The position numbers and the translations under genes were made by a program. This document shows positions 1-8,347 of a stretch of DNA of 64,000 nucleotides, one piece after another. Position 1 is the stretch's first letter. Every line of letters begins with the position of its first letter. The stretch is from Gemmatimonadales bacterium (GTDB taxonomy: Bacteria > Gemmatimonadota > Gemmatimonadetes > Gemmatimonadales > GWC2-71-9), in assembly GCA_037189525.1 (NCBI GenBank), contig JBBCJC010000001.1, positions 320,001 through 384,000 on the forward strand, written 5' to 3'. Below the pieces are notes generated by a model. It was not told the DNA's origin. It saw only the letters and a program-made list of their open reading frames with translations, and searched no databases.

Positions 1-1
1 T

Positions 2-226
2 GCGTTTGCCGGCCATACCCACGGCGGACAAATTGCCCTCCCGAACGGATATCCCCTGTATCTGCCCGGCGGTCTCCTGTCGCGGCGATACGCGGCCGGT
101 CGGTTCGAGCTCCCCTCGGGCGGCAGGCTGCTCGTCAGCCGCGGGGTCGGGTCGTCGACGGTGCCGATCCGGTGGAACTCCCCCGCGGAGGTCCACCTCT
201 GCCGTATCGGGGTCGCTCGCGACTGA
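2..226 (+). CDS. Metallophosphoesterase (YkuE/YaeI-like), 3' end only
   Basis: Frame 2 from the window edge reads AFAGHTHGGQIALP...LLVSRGVGSSTVPIRWNSPAEV...ARD*. GHTHGGQ and VSRGxG are C-terminal motifs of this family. Not in the ORF track. Confidence 0.85.
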   Translation, partial: AFAGHTHGGQIALPNGYPLYLPGGLLSRRYAAGRFELPSGGRLLVSRGVGSSTVPIRWNSPAEVHLCRIGVARD

Positions 227-311
227 CTGGCCCCACGCGCTTGCTTGCGTTTCTCCAAAACGGCTCTATCCTCGGGCGCATCACATCCGCATCCTTTTCT
301 TCGAGGCTCCC

Positions 312-1787
312 ATGTGGTCTTCCACCCTTACTCGAATCGTCGCGTCCCTCACCGTCGCGGCGGGTCTGCCAGCCGGTGTCGCGGCGGAACAGCGCGCCGT
401 CACGGCATCCACCTCCCCCGCATCGACCGTTGACTCGGCGGCCGTGCGACGGGCCAAGGCCGTCGACGCGCTCTTCACCCGCTGGCATACCCCCGATTCG
501 CCCGGCGCTTCGGTGGCGGTGATCTACGACGGCGCCGTGGTGCATGCCAAGGGATATGGCATGGCCAGCCTGGAACACGGCGTCCCGAACCAGCCGCACA
601 CGGTCTTCGACATCGCGTCGGTGTCGAAGCAGTTTGGCGCCTTTGCCATCACGCTGCTCGAGGCCGACGGCCGCCTGTCGCTCGACGACGACGTCCGCAA
701 GTACGTGCCCGAACTTCCCGACTTCGGACACGTCATCACCATTCGGCATCTGGTCCATCACACCTCCGGCCTGCGGGACTGGCCCGGCACGCTCCGGATG
801 GGCGGCTGGAGCTACGAAGATGTGATGTCCTTCGAGCAGATTCTGCGAATGGCCTACAACCAGAAGACGCTCAACTTCAAGCCCAACGACGAGCATGCCT
901 ACTCCAACACCGGCTACAACGTGCTGGCCGAGGTGGTCCAGCGGGTGTCGGGACAGAGCTTCAGGGAGTTTACCGAGCAGCGCATGTTCAAACCGTTAGG
1001 CATGTCGCGGACCCATTTCCACGACGACCATCGCGAGGTGGTCCGTGACATGGCCGAGTCGTACTCCCCCGATCGCGATCGTGGCTATCTCCATGTGACC
1101 TCGAATCTGACCGCGCTGGCGTCGAGCTCGCTCTTTACCACGGTCGAAGATCTGGCCAAGTGGGTGGGCAACTTCGAGACGGCCTCGGTGGGCGGACGGC
1201 GGGTCATCGACGCGATGCACCGCCGAGGCGTCCTCAACGCGGGCGACACCATTCCCTACGCCTTCGGGCAGAGCAAGGGCCAGTATCGCGGACTGGAGAC
1301 CTGGTCGCACGGCGGATCGTGGGCCGGCTACCGGAGCGTGCTGACCCGGTTCCCCGCGCAGCGGTTTGCGGTCATCATCCTCGGCAATACCTCCGACATG
1401 GCGCCGGGAACGCTCGCCAATCAGATCGCCGACATCTATCTGGGCGACAAACTCGGCCAGGCCGTTGCACAGTCTTCTCCCTCTCCGTCGCGCGAACAGA
1501 CGGCGCCGTGGAGCCCGACGGCCGCCGAACTTCGGGAGTTCGTGGGCGAGTACCGCAGCGACGAGTTAGAGACCTCATGGCACATCCGGCTGGTCGACGG
1601 CAAGCTGGTCTCGAGCCATTTCCGCCGGGGCGATTCGCCGTTTGTGCCGGCCGGCAAAGACCAATTCCGGTCGCAGGGTCCCGGCGGCGAGATCACCTTC
1701 CAGCGGGATCGCCGCGGCAAAATCACCGGGTTCGTGAGCAACCAGGTCCGGATCCGCCACTTCCTCTTCCGGCGGGTAGGCAACTGA
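312..1787 (+). CDS. Serine hydrolase, beta-lactamase class C-like, with signal peptide
   Basis: SVSK (SxxK), YSN and HGG motifs. ATG at 312 is followed by a signal-like N-terminus. Confidence 0.9.
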   Translation: MWSSTLTRIVASLTVAAGLPAGVAAEQRAVTASTSPASTVDSAAVRRAKAVDALFTRWHTPDSPGASVAVIYDGAVVHAKGYGMASLEHGVPNQPHTVFDIASVSKQFGAFAITLLEADGRLSLDDDVRKYVPELPDFGHVITIRHLVHHTSGLRDWPGTLRMGGWSYEDVMSFEQILRMAYNQKTLNFKPNDEHAYSNTGYNVLAEVVQRVSGQSFREFTEQRMFKPLGMSRTHFHDDHREVVRDMAESYSPDRDRGYLHVTSNLTALASSSLFTTVEDLAKWVGNFETASVGGRRVIDAMHRRGVLNAGDTIPYAFGQSKGQYRGLETWSHGGSWAGYRSVLTRFPAQRFAVIILGNTSDMAPGTLANQIADIYLGDKLGQAVAQSSPSPSREQTAPWSPTAAELREFVGEYRSDELETSWHIRLVDGKLVSSHFRRGDSPFVPAGKDQFRSQGPGGEITFQRDRRGKITGFVSNQVRIRHFLFRRVGN

Positions 1788-1824
1788 TCCAGCGTTCGAG
1801 CGCAGGCACAGCTCGCGTTTGACA

Positions 1825-1879
1825 TGGTGGAATACGGAGCAAGCTTAGGCAATCATCCCCTTGCTCCGTACTCCAACCA
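1825..1879. repeat. Inverted repeat or hairpin between convergent genes
   Basis: TACGGAGCAAG (1833-1843) and CTTGCTCCGTA (1860-1870) are perfect 11-bp arms, extended imperfectly by TGGTGGA/TCCAACCA. Confidence 0.75.
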
Positions 1880-1953
1880 GGATCGGATTCGTCTCTACCA
1901 CCCTCAGACATAACGGGCGACTCAGCGACTCGGACGGCCGGCAGTATCGAGTA

Positions 1954-3441
1954 TCAGCCCGGTTCGGACCGAGCCTGATCGACTGAGTCCGCAGCAAGCA
2001 CATCAATCGTCGCGGCGTAGTTACCATCCGGCTCCCGGATATGCTCGGCGCCGAACCGGGCCCATTGGAGCGGGGTCGCTTGATGCTCGTTGTCGCGGAT
2101 GCCAAGATCGGCGCCTGCCCACATCAGCATGGCCACGACCTCATCCCGGCCGGCAATCGCCGCGTGATGCACCGGCGTCGCGCCAAACTCGTCCAGGCCG
2201 TTGACCGGGAACCCGGCGCGGAGGCAGGCTCGGACCACCGCTACGTCTCCACGACGGGCGGCATCCCTGCACAGATGCAGATCTTCCGGCTCCAACTGCC
2301 GGAGCAACTCGGGCGACGCCAACCGTTCGGCGCGATCGGTATCGCCTGATGCGCACGCCTCGAGCAGCTGATCTACCGCCGAAAGCGGAACCGGGGTGGC
2401 GCCTGCCTGCTCGAGGATAGCGGCAAGCGCCTCCTGCCCGCTCCGACGGGCCAAGAGCCAGGCAGACCGGCCATCGGCTCGCGCGGCGCGCGGATCCGCC
2501 TCATGATCGAGCAGCAGCCGGATAGTCTCGGGACTTTGTCCGCGCCGCACGGCCACGTGCAGGGCCGTTTCGCGTTCGCCACCTGAGCGTACGTCCGGAT
2601 CGGCGCCGTGGTCCAGCAACCAGCGCAGCCCGCGACCCACCGCCGGATGGCGTTCGATATCCCAGTACCTGAGCAGGAAGTACAGCGGCGTATTGCCCCA
2701 ATCGCCGGTCTGGTTCAGATCGACGTCGAATTCGAGCAGCAACGCGAGCGCCTCCTCGTGAAAGCGCTCCGCGGCATGAAAGACCGACTCTCCGTCGGTC
2801 GGCCTGGCCCCCGCCTCGAGCAACATCCGCGCGATCCCGGGCACGTTCCACAGGCCGGTCACCGCATAGAGCGCCGGGAGGGTGTACTGTGTCGCCGTGA
2901 CATTGGGGTCGGCGCCGCGATCGAGCAGAAGCCTGGCACACGATGCAAGCTCCGCATTGAGCGCCGGGCTGCGGCCGTGAAAGGGCGAGAAGCACAACCA
3001 GCCCAGCGGCGACGAGGGCGGCGTCCCTTCCTGCCGTCGCACCGCATCGGGATCTGCATCGAGCAGATCGCGCAGCTCGCGCACCCGGCCGAGCGCCGCG
3101 GCCACGCCTGGACTGATCGCGACGATTCCCGGTTCCGTCGCCAGAATCTGCTCGGCCCGAGTCCGGTTGGGCTCCAGCACGGCATTCAGGAACGCGGTGA
3201 CCGCGTCATCGACCCCGCGAGACGCCTCCACTCGCGTGCGCAGCCGCGCCCAACTCGCAAACCCGTACTCCCTGGCCACCACCCGCTGGGCCTCGGTCAA
3301 CCGAAGGTCGGTACGTGGTCCCAGCACGGCCTCGACCCGCGCCACCGCTTCCGGTGCGCGCGCAAGAAAGGTGCGATGCAACGCTTTGGCTTCGTGCTTC
3401 AGGTGATCGAGGTGCGGACGTGCGGGAAGGTCCTTCGGCAT
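1954..3441 (-). CDS. Ankyrin repeat protein with N-terminal LPARPxLxxLKxxAK...AREYGFASW domain
   Basis: Repeated ankyrin motifs (LLDRGADPN, GNTPL, ETALHVAVRRG, GATPVHHAA). SD AAAGGGGG lies upstream. Confidence 0.9.
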   Translation of the reverse strand: MPKDLPARPHLDHLKHEAKALHRTFLARAPEAVARVEAVLGPRTDLRLTEAQRVVAREYGFASWARLRTRVEASRGVDDAVTAFLNAVLEPNRTRAEQILATEPGIVAISPGVAAALGRVRELRDLLDADPDAVRRQEGTPPSSPLGWLCFSPFHGRSPALNAELASCARLLLDRGADPNVTATQYTLPALYAVTGLWNVPGIARMLLEAGARPTDGESVFHAAERFHEEALALLLEFDVDLNQTGDWGNTPLYFLLRYWDIERHPAVGRGLRWLLDHGADPDVRSGGERETALHVAVRRGQSPETIRLLLDHEADPRAARADGRSAWLLARRSGQEALAAILEQAGATPVPLSAVDQLLEACASGDTDRAERLASPELLRQLEPEDLHLCRDAARRGDVAVVRACLRAGFPVNGLDEFGATPVHHAAIAGRDEVVAMLMWAGADLGIRDNEHQATPLQWARFGAEHIREPDGNYAATIDVLAADSVDQARSEPG

Positions 3442-3454
3442 GGCAACCCCCTTT

Positions 3455-3558
3455 CAGTAACGCCCGGTGTCCGCGTCGTTCGGGCCGAAAGAAGGTCGTC
3501 GATGTCCGGCGTCACTCCCAGGTGGACTGAGTCCTTTCCGCGGACCGGATGCGCCCTG
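3455..3558 (-). ncRNA. Candidate structured cis-regulatory 5' leader RNA of the ankyrin gene
   Basis: On the minus strand CAG-GGCGC-AU-CCGG-UCCGCG pairs with CGCGGA-CA-CCGG-GCGUU-A-CUG. Internal stems are GGAC/GUCC and GCCGGA/UUCGGC. The structure lies between the promoter and the SD. Confidence 0.55.
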
Positions 3559-3572
3559 ACACGCAATAGGGA

Positions 3573-3601
3573 AGCTTAGCGCGCGCCGCAGTGCCGGTCA
3601 A
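3573..3601 (-). promoter_or_regulatory. Sigma70-type promoter of the ankyrin gene
   Basis: TTGACC-17 nt-TAAGCT on the minus strand. Confidence 0.65.
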
Positions 3602-3658
3602 ACGACCGGGCAGGAAACCTCGTTATACTGCAAACGACTCGTCGAGGAACCGGAATCG

Positions 3659-4189
3659 ATGTCGCTGACAATCGAGCGTATTGCCACCACTGCTCTGTCG
3701 CAGAGCGCCCGCAACGCCATCCTCTCGCTGTGCAACGAGGCCTACGATGAGGACCTGACCGGGTACCTGAACGATATCGGCCCGGGCGTCCACCTCCTGG
3801 GCCGGGATGGCCCCGATCTGGTCTCCCACGTGATGTGGGTCGACCGCCGGCTCGAGCCCGGCAATCTGCCGTCGCTCAACACGGCCTACGTCGAACTGGT
3901 AGGTACGCATCCGGCGCATCAACATCGCGGCCATGCAACGGCCCTGATGCAGCGTCTGGCCACCGAAATCGAGTCCTATGATATCGGCGCTCTCTCGCCC
4001 AGTGACCCGGTCTTCTATGAACGACTGGGATGGGAGAGCTGGCAAGGACCGCTCCTGATACAAAGCCCGTCGGGAATCGAAGCCTCTCCCGATGAGGCCG
4101 CGATGATCCTCCGTTTGCCGGCCACGCCCTCCGCGCTCGACCTCACTGCATCGCTCGCCGTGAGTTGGCGGCCGGGTGAAATCTGGTAG
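3659..4189 (+). CDS. GNAT acetyltransferase, AAC(2')-I-like
   Basis: TAYVELVGTHPAHQHRGHA (motif A), FYERLGW, and C-terminal WRPGEIW resembling the DWRxGDxW end of AAC(2') enzymes. Confidence 0.8.
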   Translation: MSLTIERIATTALSQSARNAILSLCNEAYDEDLTGYLNDIGPGVHLLGRDGPDLVSHVMWVDRRLEPGNLPSLNTAYVELVGTHPAHQHRGHATALMQRLATEIESYDIGALSPSDPVFYERLGWESWQGPLLIQSPSGIEASPDEAAMILRLPATPSALDLTASLAVSWRPGEIW

Positions 4190-4259
4190 CAATCGACGAC
4201 GCAACCCCTCTCCGATGATGCGTGTCTAATCCTGGTTCCCTCTCGAACCAGGAGACCCC

Positions 4260-5615
4260 ATGCGTCGTCTCGTGCTCATCATCGGGCTCGGCGGGTTCAT
4301 CCTCGGGTGTGGCGCCCGACCCGGAACGCCGGCCGCGGCCGAGCTCTCCCCGAGTAAGGCGCCGGTCGTCGAACTGGCGCACGGTCGCTGGTACGATGGG
4401 CGCGGGTTCGTCACCAGAACGATGTACGTGGAGAACGGCGTTTTCCGTTCGGCCCGCCCGTCTCGCGTGGATTCAATCATCGATCTGCGCGGGGGATACG
4501 TCATTCCGCCCTTCGGTGACGCCCACACGCACAACTTGGACGGACCGTTCAACCTCGATCGGATCCGTGATACGTACGTCGCCGAGGGCACGTTCTATGT
4601 CGCGGTCCTGACGAACACGGCGAGCCGGACCGCGCCAATCCGCCGCCGCTTTAATCAGGCGTGCGACCTCGATGTTCTCTATGCCAATGGCGGCCTGACG
4701 TCGACGCTCAGTCATCCGTTCCTGGCGTACGAACCGCGCGCCATGAACCTGTTCGGCGACTGGCTGGCTCATGCGGACGCCATTCGCGCCAGCCGGATCC
4801 GTGAGAACGATGCCTACTGGTTCCTCAACAGCCAAGAGGACCTGGACGGGAAATGGCCGGCGATTCTGAGCGCAGAGCCCGATCTGATCAAGATCTTCCT
4901 GCTCGATGCGCGCGAATCACCGCCACCGACCCCGTCGACCGGCCTTCCGACCGGGCACGGACTCCGGCCATCGTTGGTTCCGGAGATCGTCCGACGAACA
5001 CACCAGCAGGGGAAGCGCGTCGCTGCACATGTCGAGACTGCCGCCGATTTCCGGATTGCCGTTGCCGGCGGGGTCGACATCCTCGCGCATCTTCCCGGAT
5101 ACGCGTTAGGCGCCGGCCCGGATGGCCGCTCCAACCTGGTTTCGGATCCGAGCCCATTCGTAATCACGGAGGACGATGCCCGGATGGCGGGCAAGCGGCG
5201 CATTGCCGTCACCCCCACCGCCCGCTGGACGTTCGGCGGCCAGGGCCCCGACTCGGCGGCGGTCGTCGCGGCGCGCCACGACCTGATGCGCCGGAACCTC
5301 GAGCGCCTGCGCGTCAACGGCGCGCGGATCGTGATCGGCTCGGATTGGTTCGGCCAGACCGCGTGGGGCGAAATCACCGCGCTCCGACAGGTGGTCGACT
5401 GGCCGGATGCCGACCTGCTGAGGATCTGGGCGGTCGAGACACCCCAAGTCATCTTCCCGGGCAGGAAGATCGGACGCCTCGAACCCGGCTACGAAGCCAG
5501 CTTTCTGGTCCTGGACGAGAACCCGATCGACCGACTGGACGCCTTGCGCACCATTCGGATGCGCGTCAAACAGGGGTGCGTCCTGAACACCGCCGAGAAC
5601 CGCCCACGAGCTTGA
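4260..5615 (+). CDS. Amidohydrolase family lipoprotein
   Basis: Lipobox ILGC, IDLRGGYVIPPFGDAHTH (HxH), GSD, and GRLEPGYEASFLVLDENP. Confidence 0.85.
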   Translation: MRRLVLIIGLGGFILGCGARPGTPAAAELSPSKAPVVELAHGRWYDGRGFVTRTMYVENGVFRSARPSRVDSIIDLRGGYVIPPFGDAHTHNLDGPFNLDRIRDTYVAEGTFYVAVLTNTASRTAPIRRRFNQACDLDVLYANGGLTSTLSHPFLAYEPRAMNLFGDWLAHADAIRASRIRENDAYWFLNSQEDLDGKWPAILSAEPDLIKIFLLDARESPPPTPSTGLPTGHGLRPSLVPEIVRRTHQQGKRVAAHVETAADFRIAVAGGVDILAHLPGYALGAGPDGRSNLVSDPSPFVITEDDARMAGKRRIAVTPTARWTFGGQGPDSAAVVAARHDLMRRNLERLRVNGARIVIGSDWFGQTAWGEITALRQVVDWPDADLLRIWAVETPQVIFPGRKIGRLEPGYEASFLVLDENPIDRLDALRTIRMRVKQGCVLNTAENRPRA

Positions 5616-5713
5616 CGAGGTCACATGTCCGGCCAAGCGATCGTCGCCGGGCCGTTGGTCCGTCCGGTCGGTGTGATATTCTGCGAAGACTTTGCCCCGA
5701 GGCACCTCGGATC

Positions 5714-5743
5714 TTTGACAGAACGGAATACGGAACGGAAGTT
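5714..5743 (+). promoter_or_regulatory. Putative promoter with operator-like GGAATACGGA in the spacer
   Basis: TTGACA-17 nt-GAAGTT. Shares TTTGACA-N4-GGAATACGGA with position 1818. Confidence 0.45.
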
Positions 5744-5787
5744 CGAGGACGCGTCGGACCGTTCCTCACCCCCTTCCAGGAGCAACC

Positions 5788-6066
5788 GTGGCTCAACGCA
5801 TCAGCCGTTTCTCTGTCGGACAGACGTCCAAGGTGCTGGCCGTACTCTACGGGTTGGGTGCCATCATCGCCATTCCCTTCCTGTGGCTGGCCAACACGGT
5901 CACACCGCCGGAAGAGCAGATCGGCATCGGGTTCCTCCTCCTGTTCCCGATCCTCTACGCCGTACTGATGTTCATCATCACGGCCATCGGGTGCGTCCTG
6001 TACAATTGGGTCGCGCGCATGCTGGGGGGTATCGAGGTCGAGATCGAAACCGCACCCCTCGCGTAA
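5788..6066 (+). CDS. Small two-TM membrane protein (DUF3566-like)
   Basis: GTG start after SD CAGGAG, two hydrophobic helices, and a C-terminal LYNWVARMLGGIEVE signature. Confidence 0.8.
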   Translation: MAQRISRFSVGQTSKVLAVLYGLGAIIAIPFLWLANTVTPPEEQIGIGFLLLFPILYAVLMFIITAIGCVLYNWVARMLGGIEVEIETAPLA

Positions 6067-6149
6067 CGCGTCACGCTGCGTGCCTGCACAGTTGCAGGTA
6101 CGCAGCGCGCTGCGGAATGCCGCAACCGGTGCGGCGCCGCGATACACCG

Positions 6150-6668
6150 GGTTGCAGCTCAATCAAGCAAGAGACGCTGCAGTTCGACGTTGGCTGTCGC
6201 GGCGACCTTCGACGAGATCTGCGCCGTCTGCCGCGATGTCTACGGCGAGGATCTTTCCGCGATATCGGCCCCGGAGTCCACCCGCTCGGCTGGGACGTCA
6301 CCACCCTCGATGCTCACCTCATGTGGGGTCGAGCGGACCTTGTACCTCGGCCGCTGCTCGATACGGCGTACGGGGAACTCGTGGCTACGCGTGTCTCCCT
6401 CAACCACAGGGCATGCCACGGCGCTGAGGCGCCGCCTCGCAGCCAAGATCAGGAAATACGAGATCGGCGCCCCTGTCCCCGTCGGACCGTTCTTCTATAG
6501 CGACTGGACTGGGAGCGCTCGCGGGGTGCCCTTCTGGTGTAGACAGCAAACGGCATCGAGGCCACGCCGGACGAGGCGCTGATGGTGCTGTGCCTGCCAC
6601 GCACGCCACCCGACCTCGATCTCAGCGCCTCCCTCGCGGTCGACTGGCGCCCGGATGAGGTTTGGTAA
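6150..6668 (+). pseudogene. Frameshifted paralogue of the AAC(2')-like GNAT
   Basis: Fragments in different frames (ICAVCRDVYGEDL; IGPGVHPLG...DTAYGELV; HATALRRRLA; GIEATPDEALMVLCLPRTPPDLDLSASLAVDWRPDEVW*) are colinear with 3659-4189. In-frame TAG near 6540. The 5' boundary is approximate. Confidence 0.85.
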
Positions 6669-6730
6669 GCCGATTGGCTAGACTGGCTCGCATACCGTAC
6701 TTGGGGGATGGACCTGTGAGGAGAAACGAC

Positions 6731-7138
6731 ATGCCGACACGCAGTTTTCGAGCGAGTGGATTCGTGGTGGCGATGGCACTGGCCGGCTGCACCCAGGTGC
6801 CGACCGAGATAAACGTGTGTCCCGCAAACATCGGTTACTCGCTGTCGGTCCAGGTACGGGACTCCCTCTCGGCCGCTCCGCTTGCCGCAGGGTCGGTCGC
6901 CTGGTTCGAGACGGGCTCCATTCGCGACTCGTTGCGTACCAATATCTGGATCGATGTCGACGGTGAGCTTGTGCCCGTCGGCTTCACGGGCGGGCACAGC
7001 GCGGGATCGTATACGGTGGAGGTTCGGAAGCCGGGGTACCAGACCTGGACGGCGCGCACGAGCGTCGAGCAAGGACCGTGCGGACCGATTACGGCGTCCC
7101 TCATCGCGCGCCTGACGAAGGACCCCGCCGCACCGTAG
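6731..7138 (+). CDS. Lipoprotein with beta-sandwich (carboxypeptidase-regulatory/PEGA-like) domain
   Basis: SD GAGGAG, lipobox LAGC, and GSYTVEVRKPGYQTW. Confidence 0.75.
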   Translation: MPTRSFRASGFVVAMALAGCTQVPTEINVCPANIGYSLSVQVRDSLSAAPLAAGSVAWFETGSIRDSLRTNIWIDVDGELVPVGFTGGHSAGSYTVEVRKPGYQTWTARTSVEQGPCGPITASLIARLTKDPAAP

Positions 7139-7382
7139 CATCGTCGGCAACCCAGGCCGGCGCTTGCCTATCGACGGCAACGCCGATCACGATCGACGGT
7201 AAGCTCGTCCCCTACGCCTTCTCAGGTGGCCTGGGCACAGCACCTTCCGTCGCGCCCGCCTTCTGAACCTCGACGTAGTACTCTCCGCGGTCGGCTCGGC
7301 ACCGGCCGACCGCGCATCATTGAACGACAAGAGGGACGCATCAGCGATCCAGCCCAAAAACAAGGACAGCCATCGGATCGCC

Positions 7383-7416
7383 TCTTGACGGGTCAAGATA
7401 TCTGACTAAGGTCAGA
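7383..7416 (+). promoter_or_regulatory. Promoter with two palindromic operators; probably a leaderless transcript
   Basis: TTGACG-16 nt-TAAGGT with ATG 6 nt after the -10. Palindromes TCTTGAC-GG-GTCAAGA and TCTGAC-TAAG-GTCAGA. Confidence 0.7.
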
Positions 7417-7418
7417 GA

Positions 7419-8303
7419 ATGGACGTACTCCAAGTCGCCCAGGTTCGCGCCTTCAATCGATTGGTGACCCAGAGGTCTGGTGCGCTGAATGACCACTTCC
7501 TCGGTCGGGACCGGCCCCTGGCTGCCTCGCGCCTCCTGTTCGAGATTGGCCCGGACGGAGCCGACCTCCGCGATCTCCGAGCACGACTGGGCCTCGACTC
7601 AGGCTATCTGAGCCGGCTGATCCAGACGCTGGTAGGAGCCGGCCTCGTGACGCTCCAGCCGGGGTCGGACGACGACCGCGTTCGCCGTGCGGAGCTGACG
7701 CAGGCTGGCCTCGCCGAAGTCGAGGAAATCGACCGGCGCTCGAACGAAGCCGCCGTGGCCATCCTGTCACCCCTCACAGAGCGGCAGCGGGAACGACTGG
7801 TAACGGCCATGGCCGATGTGTGCCGGCTCCTCCGATCCGCCGCGATGCGCATCGAGCGGGTCGATCCGAGCAGTCGCGAGGCCAGTTGGTGCCTGACGCA
7901 GTACTTTGCCGAACTCGACCGGCGCTTCGAGCACGGCTTCGATCCGGGACAGGTCCTGCCGATCGACGAAGCCGAGTTACGCCCGCCCCAGGGAGCGGTC
8001 CTGGTGGCGACCATCGACGGCGAACCCGTGGCCTGCAGCTCCCTCAAAACGATTGGCCCCGGGATCGGTTATCTCAAGCGAATGTGGGTTGCCGAGTCGG
8101 TCCGGGGCATGGGTCTGAGCAAGCGATTGCTGGCGGCGATGGAGACGGAAGCACGCCAGCTCGGCATGCACACGCTTCGTCTCGAGACGAACCGCGCGCT
8201 CGTCGAGGCGATTCGACTCTACCGGCAGGCGGGATACGCCGATATCCCGCCTTTCAACGACGAGCCGTACGCCGACTATTGGTTCGAGAAGCAACTCGCA
8301 TAA
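7419..8303 (+). CDS. MarR-HTH/GNAT bifunctional protein
   Basis: N-terminal LGLDSGYLSRLI...DDRVRRAELT winged helix. C-terminal LKRMWVAESVRGMGL and AIRLYRQAGY. Confidence 0.92.
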   Translation: MDVLQVAQVRAFNRLVTQRSGALNDHFLGRDRPLAASRLLFEIGPDGADLRDLRARLGLDSGYLSRLIQTLVGAGLVTLQPGSDDDRVRRAELTQAGLAEVEEIDRRSNEAAVAILSPLTERQRERLVTAMADVCRLLRSAAMRIERVDPSSREASWCLTQYFAELDRRFEHGFDPGQVLPIDEAELRPPQGAVLVATIDGEPVACSSLKTIGPGIGYLKRMWVAESVRGMGLSKRLLAAMETEARQLGMHTLRLETNRALVEAIRLYRQAGYADIPPFNDEPYADYWFEKQLA

Positions 8304-8347
8304 ATCCGACACGCCGGGCGGGAGATCAGACCTCCGCAACAGGCACT

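Noticed and set aside
312..1787. Calling the serine hydrolases (also 48991-50133), the MBL-fold protein and the VanZ-like protein antibiotic-resistance genes
   Set aside because: The motifs show only superfamily membership. Most members are peptidases, esterases or of unknown function.
1..8303. Integron cassette array explaining the accessory genes
   Set aside because: No paired attC sites follow the genes, orientations are mixed, and several genes have their own promoters.
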